Under the pieces are notes generated by a model. The model was not told the origin of the DNA. It made no database searches and saw only the letters and a list, made by a program, of their open reading frames with translations. A DNA stretch of 64,000 nucleotides. It comes from Fistulifera solaris. Its lineage: Eukaryota. Positions 12,306 through 26,460 of the stretch are shown one piece after another (positions within the stretch are counted from its first letter, which is position 1; every line of letters starts with the position of its first letter). The stretch is from NCBI GenBank assembly GCA_030295235.1, contig AP026158.1, forward strand, positions 372,001 to 436,000, read 5' to 3'. A program made the position numbers and the translations under genes.

Positions 12306-13236
12306 TCACCGTGAGAACGTAAGTAAGTTCTGATTGTTTTTCAAAAATCGAGTCCACAAAGGATACGCGTCTCTCGGTACATATTCCAAAGGAGTAAAGC
12401 CGCGTTTATCCATCGTAAGCAAAAACGCGGGCGATTCCTGTAACAACAATCGCACACAATCAAACTGCGGCTGACCCGTCCAACACGAATCGTGCAATGG
12501 ATTACGACCTGAATCACAACAAACGCGAGTGGAAACCTTAGCTTCGTATACAAAATAACGAAGCACATTGTAACTGCCCCGTCGAGCAGCCGTGTGCACG
12601 ACACTTTCACCGAATTTATTGGAGCATTGTAAATTTTGACCCTTTTCCTTCAAACGACGAATCGTCGCAACATCATTCTCTCGAATGGCCTTGGTCAATT
12701 CGGCTGTATATCCGTCGACATTCCAAGGCATCCAATCCGATTGCGATTTGTACGATTGTTTGTTTATTTCGATGCCCCGTTCTTTGTACATGTCTTGGAA
12801 GCAATTGAAATGGAGAAGCTGACTGTTGTTCTTTCGGTACCGCCGACGCGGTCTGAATGGCAAAGATCATTTTCTTTCGCGCCGGTGCGAGCAGATTCGC
12901 TTCGGATTGCTGTCTTAGTACGGCGGTTTTTGTTGTTCCAGAGAGACTATCGGTACAAATTGCGGTAGTTAACAACGGCAAATTATTGTGACTCGCCACA
13001 TCGCGTAGTCGGCCGAAAGTTTTTTGTGTGGAAGAGAACAATGCGGACACCTCCTGAAGATTCTTGTACGCTTGATAGACCGAATCAGAACTGCTTTCGC
13101 TGCTGTCACTGTAGTCCTCACTAAAAGACCCATCGTTGGCGGTCGAAGATTCTGTATCATTTTCGGTCTCGTCGTCTCGCGCTCGCTTGTGAAAGCTCAA
13201 ACCGGTTTCTAACGTATCATTCATATTACCGTTCAT
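12306..13236 (-). CDS. Ankyrin-repeat protein with Ser/acidic N-terminus; frameshift near 12870
   Basis: CSNKFGESVVHTAARRG, DSGRNPLHDSCW and DKRGFTPLEYV ankyrin motifs; upstream ORF 12673-13242 supplies the N-terminus. Confidence 0.8.
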
Positions 13237-14465
13237 CTTCAACGATGCTCACCAATTGATTCAAATAATATGCAATGCCAAGGCATTCGAATGTGATGGT
13301 TGCCAGATTCTCTCGTTGTCGTGGAAAAGTGACGGAACTCAAAATGCCACGTAATAAATCGCTCGGAGTTTCCTTGCGTGCCGGTCTTTCATGCCAGTCA
13401 CAAGGGCGGAGAAAGCTGATGTCCTCACATGCGTTACGGAATGATGTGGTATGTGATGGTGGTGAATGGCCACCTCAGAAGTATCGAAAAAGAGAGGAAT
13501 TAAGCCTTTGCAGTAATTATTAATGGTAGAGAGCAAAATGAATGTTTCTCCGTGATGTTCTTGAACTCTCGTACCAACCACGGTCATTATTGGACATGAA
13601 GACATATTTGCGACGTTTTTGTACAATACTTACGCATAATGTTTTTCGAATTGGAGCAAGGAACTGGTTCTTCGCGACGCCCTTAGAAAAAGATAGAAGT
13701 TCTCTGAAATACATAGACAAAGACTTTTGGGAATGATGAAAAAAATAAGACTCTTTCGTTCCCAAAAGACGCTTTCCATCCCAAAAACACATAGTCATCA
13801 TAAATTGAAACCAAAAGAAAGCCTATTGTATTACAAAGACTAGACAAAAAGAAGAAAAATATGTTAAAACCCTCCTTATCAGTAATGAGTGTCAGCGAGA
13901 AACAACACCGAATGTCGTCCTCGAACGACTTGTATTCCTATTCGTCCATCGCTTCGTTGTCGTCGACATTCCGACGATTTCCTCGACAAGAGAAAATGAA
14001 GAGATCCGGGGCACGATTGCGGGTCGGCTGTCTTCCTCGAATACATTACAGCTACAAATCGTTTCTCGCTGAGAATCAGAATGCTACGTTCGGACCAAAT
14101 GAGACGCTGCCTTATCCAGGCCCATGTTCGAATCTGTTTCTGCAGAAAATGAGCCACGACTTGCAATAATATCTGTCCAGTGGTTGCTAGAACACACGTA
14201 ACAGTTTTGAGCCTCTTCGGTTACATACAATCGATTCTTTTTGAAACCTTCTTAGTTGAACTGCATTTATAAGTCATATCGTCAATTGCTTTATTTTACC
14301 ATTGATTAAATACCTGTACTCCTTGCAATTCGACGAACCCCTTGTTGTACTCCCAAAAGTACGATGAATCTCGCAAACATTTGCAACGAATACAGAAATT
14401 TCCGTTCGAATGATCGTTATGATAAACAATGAATTCATATTTACTAAAAGAAAACTCTTACTGGG

Positions 14466-15711
<1,246 letters not shown>

Positions 15712-16508
15712 GATGTTGTTGCTTCTCTTTTGCTTCCTTTATTCTGCTTGGATGTTATTGTATGGTTGTGCGAATGCAAATGAACTCTCGCAAAACAAGA
15801 TCGGCGATGTGGATGTGGAGGAGAATGATGGGTTGTTGTCGTTTTCGTACGTACTTTTTCTCATGTCGTAGCGCGTCGAAAGTGCTGACGTAGAACCACG
15901 AGCGCATACAAAAGTTGACAGAAGAAATAAAACATACGTCATCGACAGGACCAACGGTCGGAAGCCATCAAAGAGCAAAGATACCACACACATTTGTCCG
16001 TCTACAGACGCCACGTCATTGCATGTCAGGATCTCGAAAGCTGTACAAGTAGTTCTACCTCGAACCTCGAATGATCTTATCCGTTATCGCCGCAAACGAG
16101 CAGAATACCCAGAAATGCTGTGTTAGGTCGTCTTACAACAACTGTTATAATTGTCGGCAAGCGGTTTCGTTCCAGTGAGGGCTAAGTAAGTAAGTGTCTT
16201 TGTTAGTTGCCAAAACTTGAACTAAACAACACTTGACTAGAGTGTTTGTCTTCGGCATTCTTTGGCGAGAGCGGAATTGATTTTGCGTATAAAGTTGTGA
16301 TGCCGTGTGTAGACTCTCTCTGTTAGAGGCTCTTCAGTCTCTAGGCAGTTTTCGAGCGGTCTTCGTTGACTGCCGACACTTCATTTTTTAAATGACATGT
16401 AACCCAAGGTAACACTAAAGACGTTGACCATGTCCCTTCATTATACACCACCACTCTGCCGCCCTGCTCCAGGACTAATTGCAAACAATTTCTGCATCAT
16501 CATTAGCA

Positions 16509-17554
16509 CTAGCGATACTTGGAACATGAGTCTGCACAACACGGATTCTCGCAATCCCTTTCGAAGCCCATGGTAAAGTATGTTTCGAGTCCATGACTTG
16601 TTTCTTTTGAGAATAAAAACTCGTCGTCAAAGATCCCTCGGTAGCGCGCGACTCCGTATTCATACAAGGCGTCATCTAACACGGACATGAACGGATCCCA
16701 ATCATTGCTAGCGAATGCAGGGTACGTCATGTTTATCATATTCGCCCTATTTTGTACTTTCGGAGCCACTACTTTCCATCCCAACGATTTTGCCATTGTC
16801 GAATACATTGTCTCCCAGTGTTCTAACAATAAGATATGATCGAACAATCTCAAACGGTCAAGTGTATACTCGAACAGGTCCCGTGTTATTTGAAACTTGG
16901 GTACGGTTTGACATCGAGTTCCGCAAATTTTCCGAAAACTCCAATTGTCCGGTTGGGCTTGCCACCAAGCAGCAAAGTCGGGCAAAACGGCTTTCTCTTT
17001 TGGCTCTTTTGTAATTCCCGACACACGTGCTTCCAATGCGAAACATACCGATCTTGACTATTTCGTAGCACCACAATATAGATATAGTGCTCTGGATCCA
17101 TGGCTTCGTACATGTCTCCTTCATTGGCGACAAATCTGTAGAACGTCACGGCCGCAAATCGTTGTTGCGCTTCCAGAGTGTCGGCAAACCCACAACATCG
17201 TTGATCCAATTGCACGTTGCAGTTGTGTTTCTTATCGACGCGGAGTCGATTGAGAGAAGCCGCACCACACATGGTACTGCCTCCATTTTTGTGAATATGC
17301 AACAAAAAGACGAGTTTGCGTTTTCGGCGTTGGTTGGGTAAAACGGTATCATTCCCGGCAAGGGTTCGTAAGGAATTTGATGAGGATACAGCGAAACCGA
17401 AGTATCTGTTGAGCCGGAAAGATGTTGAAAATTGGGAAACCAGCCGAGCGGACTGCTGCCGATCAAGAAAAGGAGAAGAAACAAGAATGCGAGAAGAGAA
17501 CGACGGCTGCAGAACCGATTTTTTCTTTTCTTCCCTCGTCGTGACTTCAGTCAT
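16509..17554 (-). CDS. Sulfotransferase-family-like type II membrane protein, paralog 1; several apparent frameshifts
   Basis: FLLHIHKNGGST (5'-PSB-like) and VLRNSQDRYVSHW (3'-PB-like). The C-terminal part (AQPDNW...CENPCC) is in another frame after ~16993 and aligns with paralog 2. Confidence 0.75.
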
Positions 17555-18242
17555 CCGCTCGTGGAACGATTACTTTTGAATGCCAAGGAAAGCAAACCTC
17601 ATTGTAAGAGATCTTCTTTTTTGAAGGCTTTGAAGTTGAAGAGCATCACCATCGGCGTTAAAAGCGGTCACAATGTCCTTCTCTCCGTCGTGTCGCATGC
17701 TGCGCGTTTGCGCGCAGTGCGGTCCATTTTCTCTCGTGATTCGGAAATTGAAGTCACGCATCACAAAGCCAGAGTTTATGGCGATTGCACGAAGTAGCTG
17801 CAGCTTGTTAGAGGCAAAGAGTTGATGAAGTGACGTAACTTAAGACTGAGAAAAGTAGCAGTAAATGAAAGAGGTGACCCCTGTAGGGTAGAATTCTTCG
17901 ACGGACATGCTTAAACATAGATTGGCGGCCACAATCTACATCATGAAAGCTCAATTTGCGGAAATTGTACGACTTGAGATATTGCAATCATCATCATTTG
18001 ACTGATTAGACTGTAGCGCCATCACTTCATGTTTTCATTTCCTGTTTTCCTTCAATGAATTCTACCTAAAATAGCACATTAATTTGTTCCTCGAGAATGA
18101 CAGACACACATAAGATCTCGATCATGTATCAGTCGCAATGTACATCACAGCTCAAGCGATCACGATCTCATGTTGTCATTGCTGCTTATCTCATTAAGTA
18201 GGAAAAACGGATTCCAATGTCGAAAGATAGCCCTCAGCATTA

Positions 18243-19318
18243 TTAACGATACGTAGAACACGACTCTGCACAACATGGATTCTCGCAACCCCGCTCACGT
18301 CCTTTCGTAAAGTACTGTTCTAGCATTCGTGCTGTGTCCTGCGAAAACACAAATGTATCGATCTTTTGATATCGGGCTAGACCATATTCGTACAATGCAT
18401 CATCCAGCACAGACATGAACGAATCCCAAGCACTATTGCCGAGCTCCGGATAGGTTATATTGCTTGCCTTGGCACTAATATGCAGATTCGGAACCATGCG
18501 CCATCCTAACGATTGTGTGAGTTGCGGCAACATGACATCCCAATACTCCAACAACAAGATATGATCAAAGGACTTCAGCCGATCAAGTGTATATTCAAAA
18601 AGTTCACGTGTGATTTGAAATTTGGGTACGGTTTGACACCGCGTTCCGCAGATTTTCCGAAAGTTCCAATTGTCCGGTTGTGCCTGCCACCACGTATCGA
18701 ACGTTGGTAACGTCACATTCGTATGATACTGTTCTTGACACATGTGCTTCCAATGGGATTGATACCGACTTTGACTTTGACGCAACATCACCATATACGT
18801 ATAATGCTGATGATCCATCGCATCGTACATGTCCCTTTCGTTGGCGACAAATTGATAAAATGTTACGGCCGCAAATCGTTGTTGCGCTGGCAAAGTATCC
18901 GCAAACCCACAACACCGTTGATCGGGTTGTACATTGCAATTTTGCTCTTTGTTGACTCGCAATTGATTCAAAGACGCCAAAGCGCACATGGTTGTTCCCC
19001 CGCTTTTGTGAATGTGCAAAAAATACAGAATTTTGTGGCTCTGACGTATCCTTAATAAATTTCCTAGAGGCGGTTGTTGATTGTCGGAATTAGTACTATT
19101 GCGATTGTGCAATGATTTGTTCCGTTGCATGAGAAGACTCTCCCGAAGTACAGTGTCATTGAGTTCGGAAAAGAATCAAGAGATTGAAAAGGATCACGAT
19201 TGCTGATAGGACAAAGGAAAAAGAGGAAAAGGATTGATGAGAGGAGAAGCTTGCATTGTCGGTTGCGGTTCTTGCGAGCTCTTTCTTCTTGTGAGGAATG
19301 AGCCTTGCTTCTCATCAT
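18243..19318 (-). CDS. Sulfotransferase-family-like type II membrane protein, paralog 2; frameshift between the N-terminal and catalytic ORFs (overlap 19064-19130)
   Basis: YFLHIHKSGGTT and MLRQSQSRYQSHW; long identity blocks with paralog 1 (RKICGTRCQTVPKFQITR); N-terminal TM in ORF 19064-19318. Confidence 0.78.
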
Positions 19319-20154
19319 CGTTCCCTCATCAAAGGACTTTTGATTCGTTCAAGCTTCAAGAGAGGAGACTCTGTAACTATATATCTTGCGTCATTCTTTT
19401 TTTCTTTTGTTGTTGTATATTGTCTTTGTTATTTTTTATTTGTCATTCGTAAGGGCCACCGCCTGCTATGCTACTGCGACGGGAGACACGCCCTCAATAT
19501 ACTTCGTACCCAGGGAGTTCGTCCTACAAAAAGGTTTCGGGAATGACGCTCATTGTATTTTTTTGGACTCAATTTCGGGCTTGGCGGATGTTTAGCTGTG
19601 TAGTTTTATGAGCACGAGCTATGCATATAGGTTGCATGGAAATGAGGCAAGTCAAGAAACCAACCACAAAATTGTACAAGTCATCTCTAGATCCACATTA
19701 ATAGGGTCGAAACGCGTTCCAGATTTTACTTCCTCCAAAGTGTAGTAGATTTGACAATAATTCATCCGACTGGATTTCAGTCACGAGTGATGGAGTAATG
19801 GATGATTTTCGCCTCTAAGGTTTCCAAGAAGGCGATGACGATCTTCTTTCCGGTGAGTATCTGTTACATTCTCAACTCGATAGTGCTGTGATTTTCATAT
19901 TGGTCGATCGGATGGCGTCTCAGGAGTGTTTCTATAAGCCCAAGTAAGCAAACGGCAATAAAGGAATATCGCGTATTTCGGTAATGTCCCCCTAATTTGT
20001 GCCTAACAATCATTCGAAATGTACTCCATAACTATGTAATTCACTAGATAGGCCAATATTTCTTATCACAATGCTCTTTCGGGTCAAGCGAAAGGCGTGC
20101 ACAGGCAACTCATGCCCCATAGTCCTCTACTTTCCGCGCCCCATTCGCATTGAT

Positions 20155-20760
20155 TTAATCTCGCTTGCCCTTACCCTTGCCAGAGCTTGACGAGCTCGAG
20201 TAGCTTTTCTTGCCTTTACCCATGCCTTTTCCGGAGCTTCCTTTGCCTTTGCCCTTACCAGACTTGGAGCTTCCTTTACCCTTGCCACTCTTTTTGCCCT
20301 TGCCCTTGCCCTTACCAGACTCGGAGCTGCCCTTGCCGCTTTTCTTGCCCTTGCCGGAGCCTCCCTTGCCTTTGCCTTTACCAGAATCGCCTTTTCCGGA
20401 GCCTCCCTTGCCTTTGCCTTTACCAGAATCGCCTTTTCCGGAGCTTCCTTTTCCTTTACCGGAACTTCCTTTGCCGGAATCTCCCTTTCCTTTGCCCTTA
20501 CCTGAGCTCACAGGGGGTTCCTCCTCGTCATCATCGTGGTGGCCATGATCTCCATCGTGTCCGTGGTCACGATCATGACGATCATGACGGCGGTGACGGT
20601 TGTGGCGAATGCGATGTCCCCATCGATGAGAGAGGAGGCGTTCGGGCTCGTCGGTCACTTCAATCGAAGAGAACTGACCCGAGTAAGCACGAATCGATGC
20701 CCCGATCAAGGCAACGAGCAACAGTGCGAAGAATACAGTCTTGGCAGCGGTGTACTTCAT
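20155..20760 (-). CDS. Secreted low-complexity protein: signal peptide, RLL site, His/Arg/Asp block, long SGKGKG repeat tail
   Basis: MKYTAAKTVFFALLLVALIGAS; ERLL; HRIRHNRHRRHDRHDRDHGHDGDHGHHDDD; (S)GKGKG repeats to the end. Confidence 0.82.
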   Translation of the reverse strand: MKYTAAKTVFFALLLVALIGASIRAYSGQFSSIEVTDEPERLLSHRWGHRIRHNRHRRHDRHDRDHGHDGDHGHHDDDEEEPPVSSGKGKGKGDSGKGSSGKGKGSSGKGDSGKGKGKGGSGKGDSGKGKGKGGSGKGKKSGKGSSESGKGKGKGKKSGKGKGSSKSGKGKGKGSSGKGMGKGKKSYSSSSSSGKGKGKRD

Positions 20761-21977
20761 CTTTCGAGGATTTCGAGGTAATATTCGTTTGAAGGAAAAG
20801 AACAGAGACGTATTCGTACCTTGTTTGGCCAGCAATATGAAAATCGATCGGTCTATCGATGCTTGGAAGATATGAGAATCTTGCCAAGGAAGGAGACGAA
20901 AGGTGAATGGCGCATGTACACCTACTGCATCGTGTACAGTGAATGCCTCATTTTTCATTGTGACACATCGTCATCGACCATCGAGCACCGATACTGTTTT
21001 TCACACGACTAGGAAGCTTAAACAGAAAACAAGAAACGAATGATATTGCCGAAGAGCCATGAAGCTTATCTCATACATTCCTGGGCAAATTTCGAAAAGG
21101 CTCTTTCTCGCGCCCACGTGTTAACATCCTATTTAATAAAGCGGAGCAGTAGCTAACACTCACAGGCACGTGGAATTGAAGAGTCTGTGAGTTTTTCCGT
21201 ACACTTTCCGGTACTGTCGTTGCAACTGCGGCAATTGTTTAAGAGTTTTAGAGTCGTGCCGCGTCCGCCCATTTTTTTATGGATGAAAAAGTCGCCGAAT
21301 TTACGGAATGAGGCCGCTATGGCCGCTTTATAGCAGCCTAAAACGCTGCGCTTCACATTCCTCAATCCGGAATCGTTTCATTTCGTCTCGGGTCAATCGT
21401 GATGTGTGCCTTAGTCATTTTTTGGCCGGTGGCCGACGGCTGGGGCTTCTATCGAAGACGCACAGGAATCGCAGTAAGTCTAGATCGCCATTTATTCTAC
21501 TCCGCAATTCGTTAGGTTTATTGGATGGACTTATAACCTAGTCTTTAACCCTTTATACTTTTCGGTTGATCAGCGAAGGACGAGGGAGTGAAATCGAATT
21601 CAGCCGTACAAAAATTAGGCTGAGTTCGCTTCAGAAAAGTAAAAGACAATGCCAATGAATTAAAGCAACATAATCGACCTCATACATTCAAACTTTGAAT
21701 GTATGTGTTGCATTGGTGCGGCAACTGGCAAGAGAATTCAATATAAGCTCGCATGCCTCAAACAATGTCAAAAAAACATACATGATTCATTCTGATTATG
21801 AGTTGCGGCACGTTCTAAATTGAAGAGAGTAATAGATAAAAATAAGGACTGATAATGTTTCTACTCTTGTTGCTTCTAAACGTACAGAACAAACAATTCC
21901 TCTGTGCGCCACTAGAATTATCCCTTGTCATTCCTGAATCATTGTTCTCGCACATTTCATGGTGAGCGGTAATCCGA

Positions 21978-22304
21978 TTACTTTCGTTTTCCGCTCTTGC
22001 CGCCCTTACCACCTTTGCCACCCTTCTTTCCTTTGCCGGAACTGGAAGAGGGACTGTCATCGGCATCATCATGACCATCGTGACCATCGTGACCATCATG
22101 CCCGTCATGTCCATCGTGTCCGCCGTGGTCGCGATCGTGACGGTCGTGACGATTGTGGCGGTTGTGACGATTATGACGACGAATCTGCAAAGTACGGTCC
22201 TCCGCTTCCACAGGTGTCAAGTTGTCAACGCCTCGGATGTTTGCGCTGGCAATCGCAAAGAAAAAGAGAGCCAAAATGGATGCTTTGATAGCCGAATATT
22301 TCAT
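21978..22304 (-). CDS. Shorter paralog: secreted His/Asp-repeat protein with GKGGK tail
   Basis: MKYSAIKASILALFFFAIASA; IRG; DRTLQ; (RHN)n-RHDRHDRDHG-(GHD)n; SSSSGKGKKGGKGGK. Confidence 0.82.
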   Translation of the reverse strand: MKYSAIKASILALFFFAIASANIRGVDNLTPVEAEDRTLQIRRHNRHNRHNRHDRHDRDHGGHDGHDGHDGHDGHDGHDDADDSPSSSSGKGKKGGKGGKGGKSGKRK

Positions 22305-23034
22305 CTTGGAAGCGTTGTGCGTGAGAAACAGCGAATTTTATAATCATTCATTCGAAAAAGTTCTGACGGAAACGTACCTTGGTTTTCAAAAATTTGAAAG
22401 GTATTTTGAGATGAACGATGTATTCAAAGAATTTGTGTTGTGATGCAAAACAAAGCTGAAAGCCCAAGAACGATGATCGTCGATCGTGACAAGTGTGGAC
22501 AAACACATGAGAAATGAGAGGGAAAACTCAGACGCCCGGCACGCGCTTCAAAACCAAAAGTTACTTAAGATAATTTCGTTGTTGTTTGTCAATCGAATAT
22601 ATTATTTAACGTTCCTCATTCCGCAGGCGCGACTTACTGTTATATCTGACACGTGTTGCAGTGGATGTAGAACGTGCGACGAACATGCATCTTCGAAACG
22701 CTCGTCGCTGAAATCGCCATATCCTTGGGACGATTCGTACACTTGCTTAGATATTACTTCTCCAGTACTAAACTGAGTGGACCGTTAAAGGTCAAAGGTC
22801 ATGCATTGTTCGTGAAAGGACAGGTTCGTGACTCGCATGGCCTTTCGATATTATTATTTGCATTTTTCTCATCGCAAAATCGCCCTCATTTTTTGCAGAC
22901 GAACGCAACATTGAACACAATCATCGACGGAAACGATCAAGACACTCACAGTCTGAAGAATCTGCATAAATTAACTAGATTCAGCTGTAATTTTTACAAA
23001 ATCGTGATGTGGAGACGTGTTTCAAACACAACTC

Positions 23035-25353
23035 CTAGTCATGTTGAGTGACCCGAATTCCTCTCGAACGAATCGGCAATTGGGCCGCCACTTCATCCAT
23101 AGCTTTTTCCTTCAACAAGGATACCATCACAGCACGAGATTCGGTCATGAGTTGAAAGAAGGATTTTCGGGCAAGCCGTGTAGAATTCGTTTGGCAGAAT
23201 CCGCAGCATAACTCGGGAGTGCGTTCAGATCGGAGGGTATTTTACCCATTGCTTGAATGATTTTTCCCAGAGCGTCCACTTCTTGTTCCATAGTATTCAT
23301 ACTCTGAAACGTTTCCCGTACACCCGCTGCATAGCGTACAGTCCTCATCATGTAGCTACCAATCGATGTCATGGGATAAATACTGCAAGTTCCGTGCAAG
23401 CATTCTTCAATGACGGCAGCTGAATCGTTGCAAACTGCGGTCAATCCGTAGCCACCGAAAGGTAGATCGCGTTCCGTGGCCAAGCCGTTCAAGCATGTGG
23501 CATACACAGCTGCGTATCGTGCCGCTCGTACTGCCTCAGCTCCCTTTAAACGAGGACCGCAGTCGATGCCACGTATCCACGGCACGTTGGCATTGTGATT
23601 CGTGTACCAACCACAAAAACCATCAATCGCAATAAAATGCTGAATGCTCAATTTCGCCGGTTTCCCGTCTCCACGATCTCCGAACAATGGTCCGGAAATG
23701 TCCAGATCCAGTCCTGAATGCGGCATGGCGACTGACGCTGCGTTCCCTTCACGATCTTCGTATCCACTATCCAGGAAACACGCCAACGGTATATTCGAGA
23801 AAGAGCCGTCTTTCTCTTTCACGCAAAGCGCAATTCCAAACGTCGTTACGTGCGTAGTGACAGCTGTTTCCACGTGATGACCCGTTTCAATTAACGCCTC
23901 AATGAAACCACTTGGAGTGGAAATTTCTTTACCATTATATACGACCGTAAAGTCGCCATCTCTGGATTGTCCTGTATATCGTCGATAATAGTTCGACGCC
24001 AGCTTGTTCATGAGGACTGCCACCAATCGATTGAGTAACACTTCACGGTTTGTTTGAGTGCATTGAGCATTGCCCCAACCCAAATGCAAATCTGGTAGTA
24101 AGCGCGGATTGATTGGAACGGGCGGTGCCATCGCACGGCCTTCTGGTTTGTATCCACCTATCGAATTTATAGACGGTGCTACTCCACCAATGTCGTATCT
24201 CCGATTGCTTTGACTCTCGACCTTGTCTTCGCCTACTTGTTCATCAGTATTGGCTCGTTCCATCAAAATTGCTTCCATCCGATCCAATGCAGCTGGTAAA
24301 TCCGTGTCGAGATGAAAACGTTTGGATGGAATGAATTCGTTTGAAGCAAAAGATGGATCGTTTCCCGTCTCTCCCATGATCATCTTTTCCATCGGTGTCG
24401 TTCGTTTCACCGTGGATTGCTCTTGCTGTTGCGTCGACTCCATTTCGCTATCATCAATCAACGACTCGGGACTTTTCCATAACTCTTGAACTTTGGCATT
24501 CACTTCAGACACTGCCAAAACACTCATCAAATTCAAAGGTAAACCGGCACGATCCGACACCGTTGCTGATGTCGTTTGCATTGCCAGTGCTCTCCCAGCC
24601 AGCGCCGAAGCTAGTGCCTTGGTGGGTCCCTGCGTCAATCTCCCCGTGAGAGGCAAAACCGCACGTCCTAAGTTGGGCCCCAATGCTTTGAGCAATGCCG
24701 CCGTCAAAGCAGCTCCCAGTTCGGCTTGTAAAACAGTGGGTACGTCTTTCATTTGAATGCTTGCTGGAAGCATTGCCGGTTTCAATTGACGCATGTATTC
24801 TCCAAGACTCATCAATTGCCAACCTTCCTGTTCTTTTAATTTTTGACAAGTCTCTCGATCTATTTCCAGCAATTGTAAATGTCGAAACACTGATCCTTCT
24901 TGTTCGCTGGGGTCCGATACTCGAGTCATTTGTACATTTAAAAACAAGGAATCTTCCTCCAGTTGTCGTAACTTTTCCAAAATAGCACCGCGATACAAGT
25001 AGGCCATGGTAAACAGAATTAAAACTGCGGGAATTGCGAGAGTGGCTGCGATGCGCGTTACGGACAAGGAAGAATCACCTGACTCGTTCACAAGTAAAGT
25101 GTGAAAAGCTGGCAAGGAAGAAGTAAAAGAATTCGTCAATTGAGACATCGATGATGTGCTCAGCATCGTCAAGGAAGTTCGCTTCGTCTTTCTTGGTGCT
25201 TTCAAATCAATCGTAGCACGAGAATAGCTTGGTCGAATCGTTGCTCTCGTAAACGAAGAAAAAGTCCGGAGGCCGTGCACTTTGCTTCCGAAATTCAAAG
25301 AATGCACTAAAACAGGGAAAACAAAGGAAAGTCGCCTCGTGTGAACGAACATG
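23035..25353 (-). CDS. Large hypothetical protein (~770 aa) with possible organellar presequence and TM segment; frameshift near 23158
   Basis: 751-aa open frame with structured motifs (LPDLHLGWG, LPFGGYG..AVCNDSAA). The shifted frame continues FQLMTESRAVM... to TAG at 23037-23035. Confidence 0.75.
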
Positions 25354-25899
25354 GTAAATGAATGATGTTTGATGATCCGGATAGCCAAATTTCGCTTCAA
25401 TACAAAAGAAGGAAAGAAATATTATGAAGATTGCTATTTTTTTCTTGTCGGGCATATAATAAAGGAGATTGAGTAAAAATTGTGGCTCACGCCTGGGAGG
25501 CGGAAAAGTTACGCTGCACGGTACGGAGCAAGAAGTACAAGTACAACGCACTACCAGGTACAGTACCTGGTAGCAGCAGACGGAGATAGTCTTACCAGTA
25601 CTTTGTAGGCTACTTACTAGAGGAGTGATGAGTGTAACGTAAGAAATCCAGCAAACTGTCATACCGGTAGCGCCTGACAATAACTAGAGAAATAGTATGG
25701 TAACGATGTGAATGTGAGGAAAAAATAACGGAACCTGGTGTGTTGCGGCACATCAGCTACATTAGGCAGGCAGCAGGCAGCACAACCACTTGCACTTGCA
25801 CGCAATCGAATATCAAAGTCAACTGTGTATTCATCGATAGATATTGCGTGGTCATGGCAGCCAATGATTTTGTCGTTGATTTAGACCTGTTTAAAAATC

Positions 25900-26460
25900 T
25901 CGATCAAGTATTGTTAGCGGAACATGTTTTTCCAGAGAAATACAGCGCCGCGTCACAAAAAATGATTGAATAGTTTAATTGATTGATGAGATCCAGCAAA
26001 GATTTGAAAGATGTTTCCTGAGACACGTCCTATACTGAGTAAAGCAAGCTCGACGTCATTTAGATACTCCATTACTGAGGGAGTATGGCCAATCGGAAGG
26101 TCAACAATGGAACACTTTGGTCGGTCCTTGGCATTCTTGCATCGCTTGCAGATAGAGAGGGTGACAACTCCTTTGGGTTTTGTGACTACGCTTCTTGGCG
26201 ATATAGTAAGCTTTGCAATAGCCTTTCTGTCCTTTGAAGAGAGCTTAAACACTCGTTGCGGAGGAACCGAATACTCTTCGTGAAAAAATGTCTTGAAGCA
26301 CCAGGAATATTGGTCTTCTTTTGCCATTCCCTTGATAAAAAAGAATCCTTAGAAATTCACGTCGGAGTTGGCTTCGTGGAGAAGAACGTCACACGCTTTT
26401 ATCATTGCGCTTTGCAAATATCCGTCGCTCTCTGTGTGCAACCGTAATGAGGTTCGTACT
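25900..26460 (-). mobile_element. Degenerate Helitron-like RepHel fragment (DUF6570-like region)
   Basis: C.RC....RPKCSI..LPIG..P.....LND.ELALLS..R....I.....G.HQSIK resembles the N-terminal region of Helitron proteins; flanking frames contain stops. Recognised by eye only. Confidence 0.55.

Noticed and set aside
13275..14169. Short ORFs between the ankyrin gene and GAPDH
   Set aside because: No motifs and mutually overlapping on both strands; consistent with intergenic noise.
20187..20792. Cys/Leu/Pro-rich plus-strand ORFs (LPLPLP, CPCPC)
   Set aside because: Antisense readings of the GKGKG repeat gene.
25590..25690. Helitron 3' end (hairpin + CTAG)
   Set aside because: CTAG at 25617-25620 and a weak tgtca...tgaca stem exist, but spacing and pairing are too poor to call a terminus.
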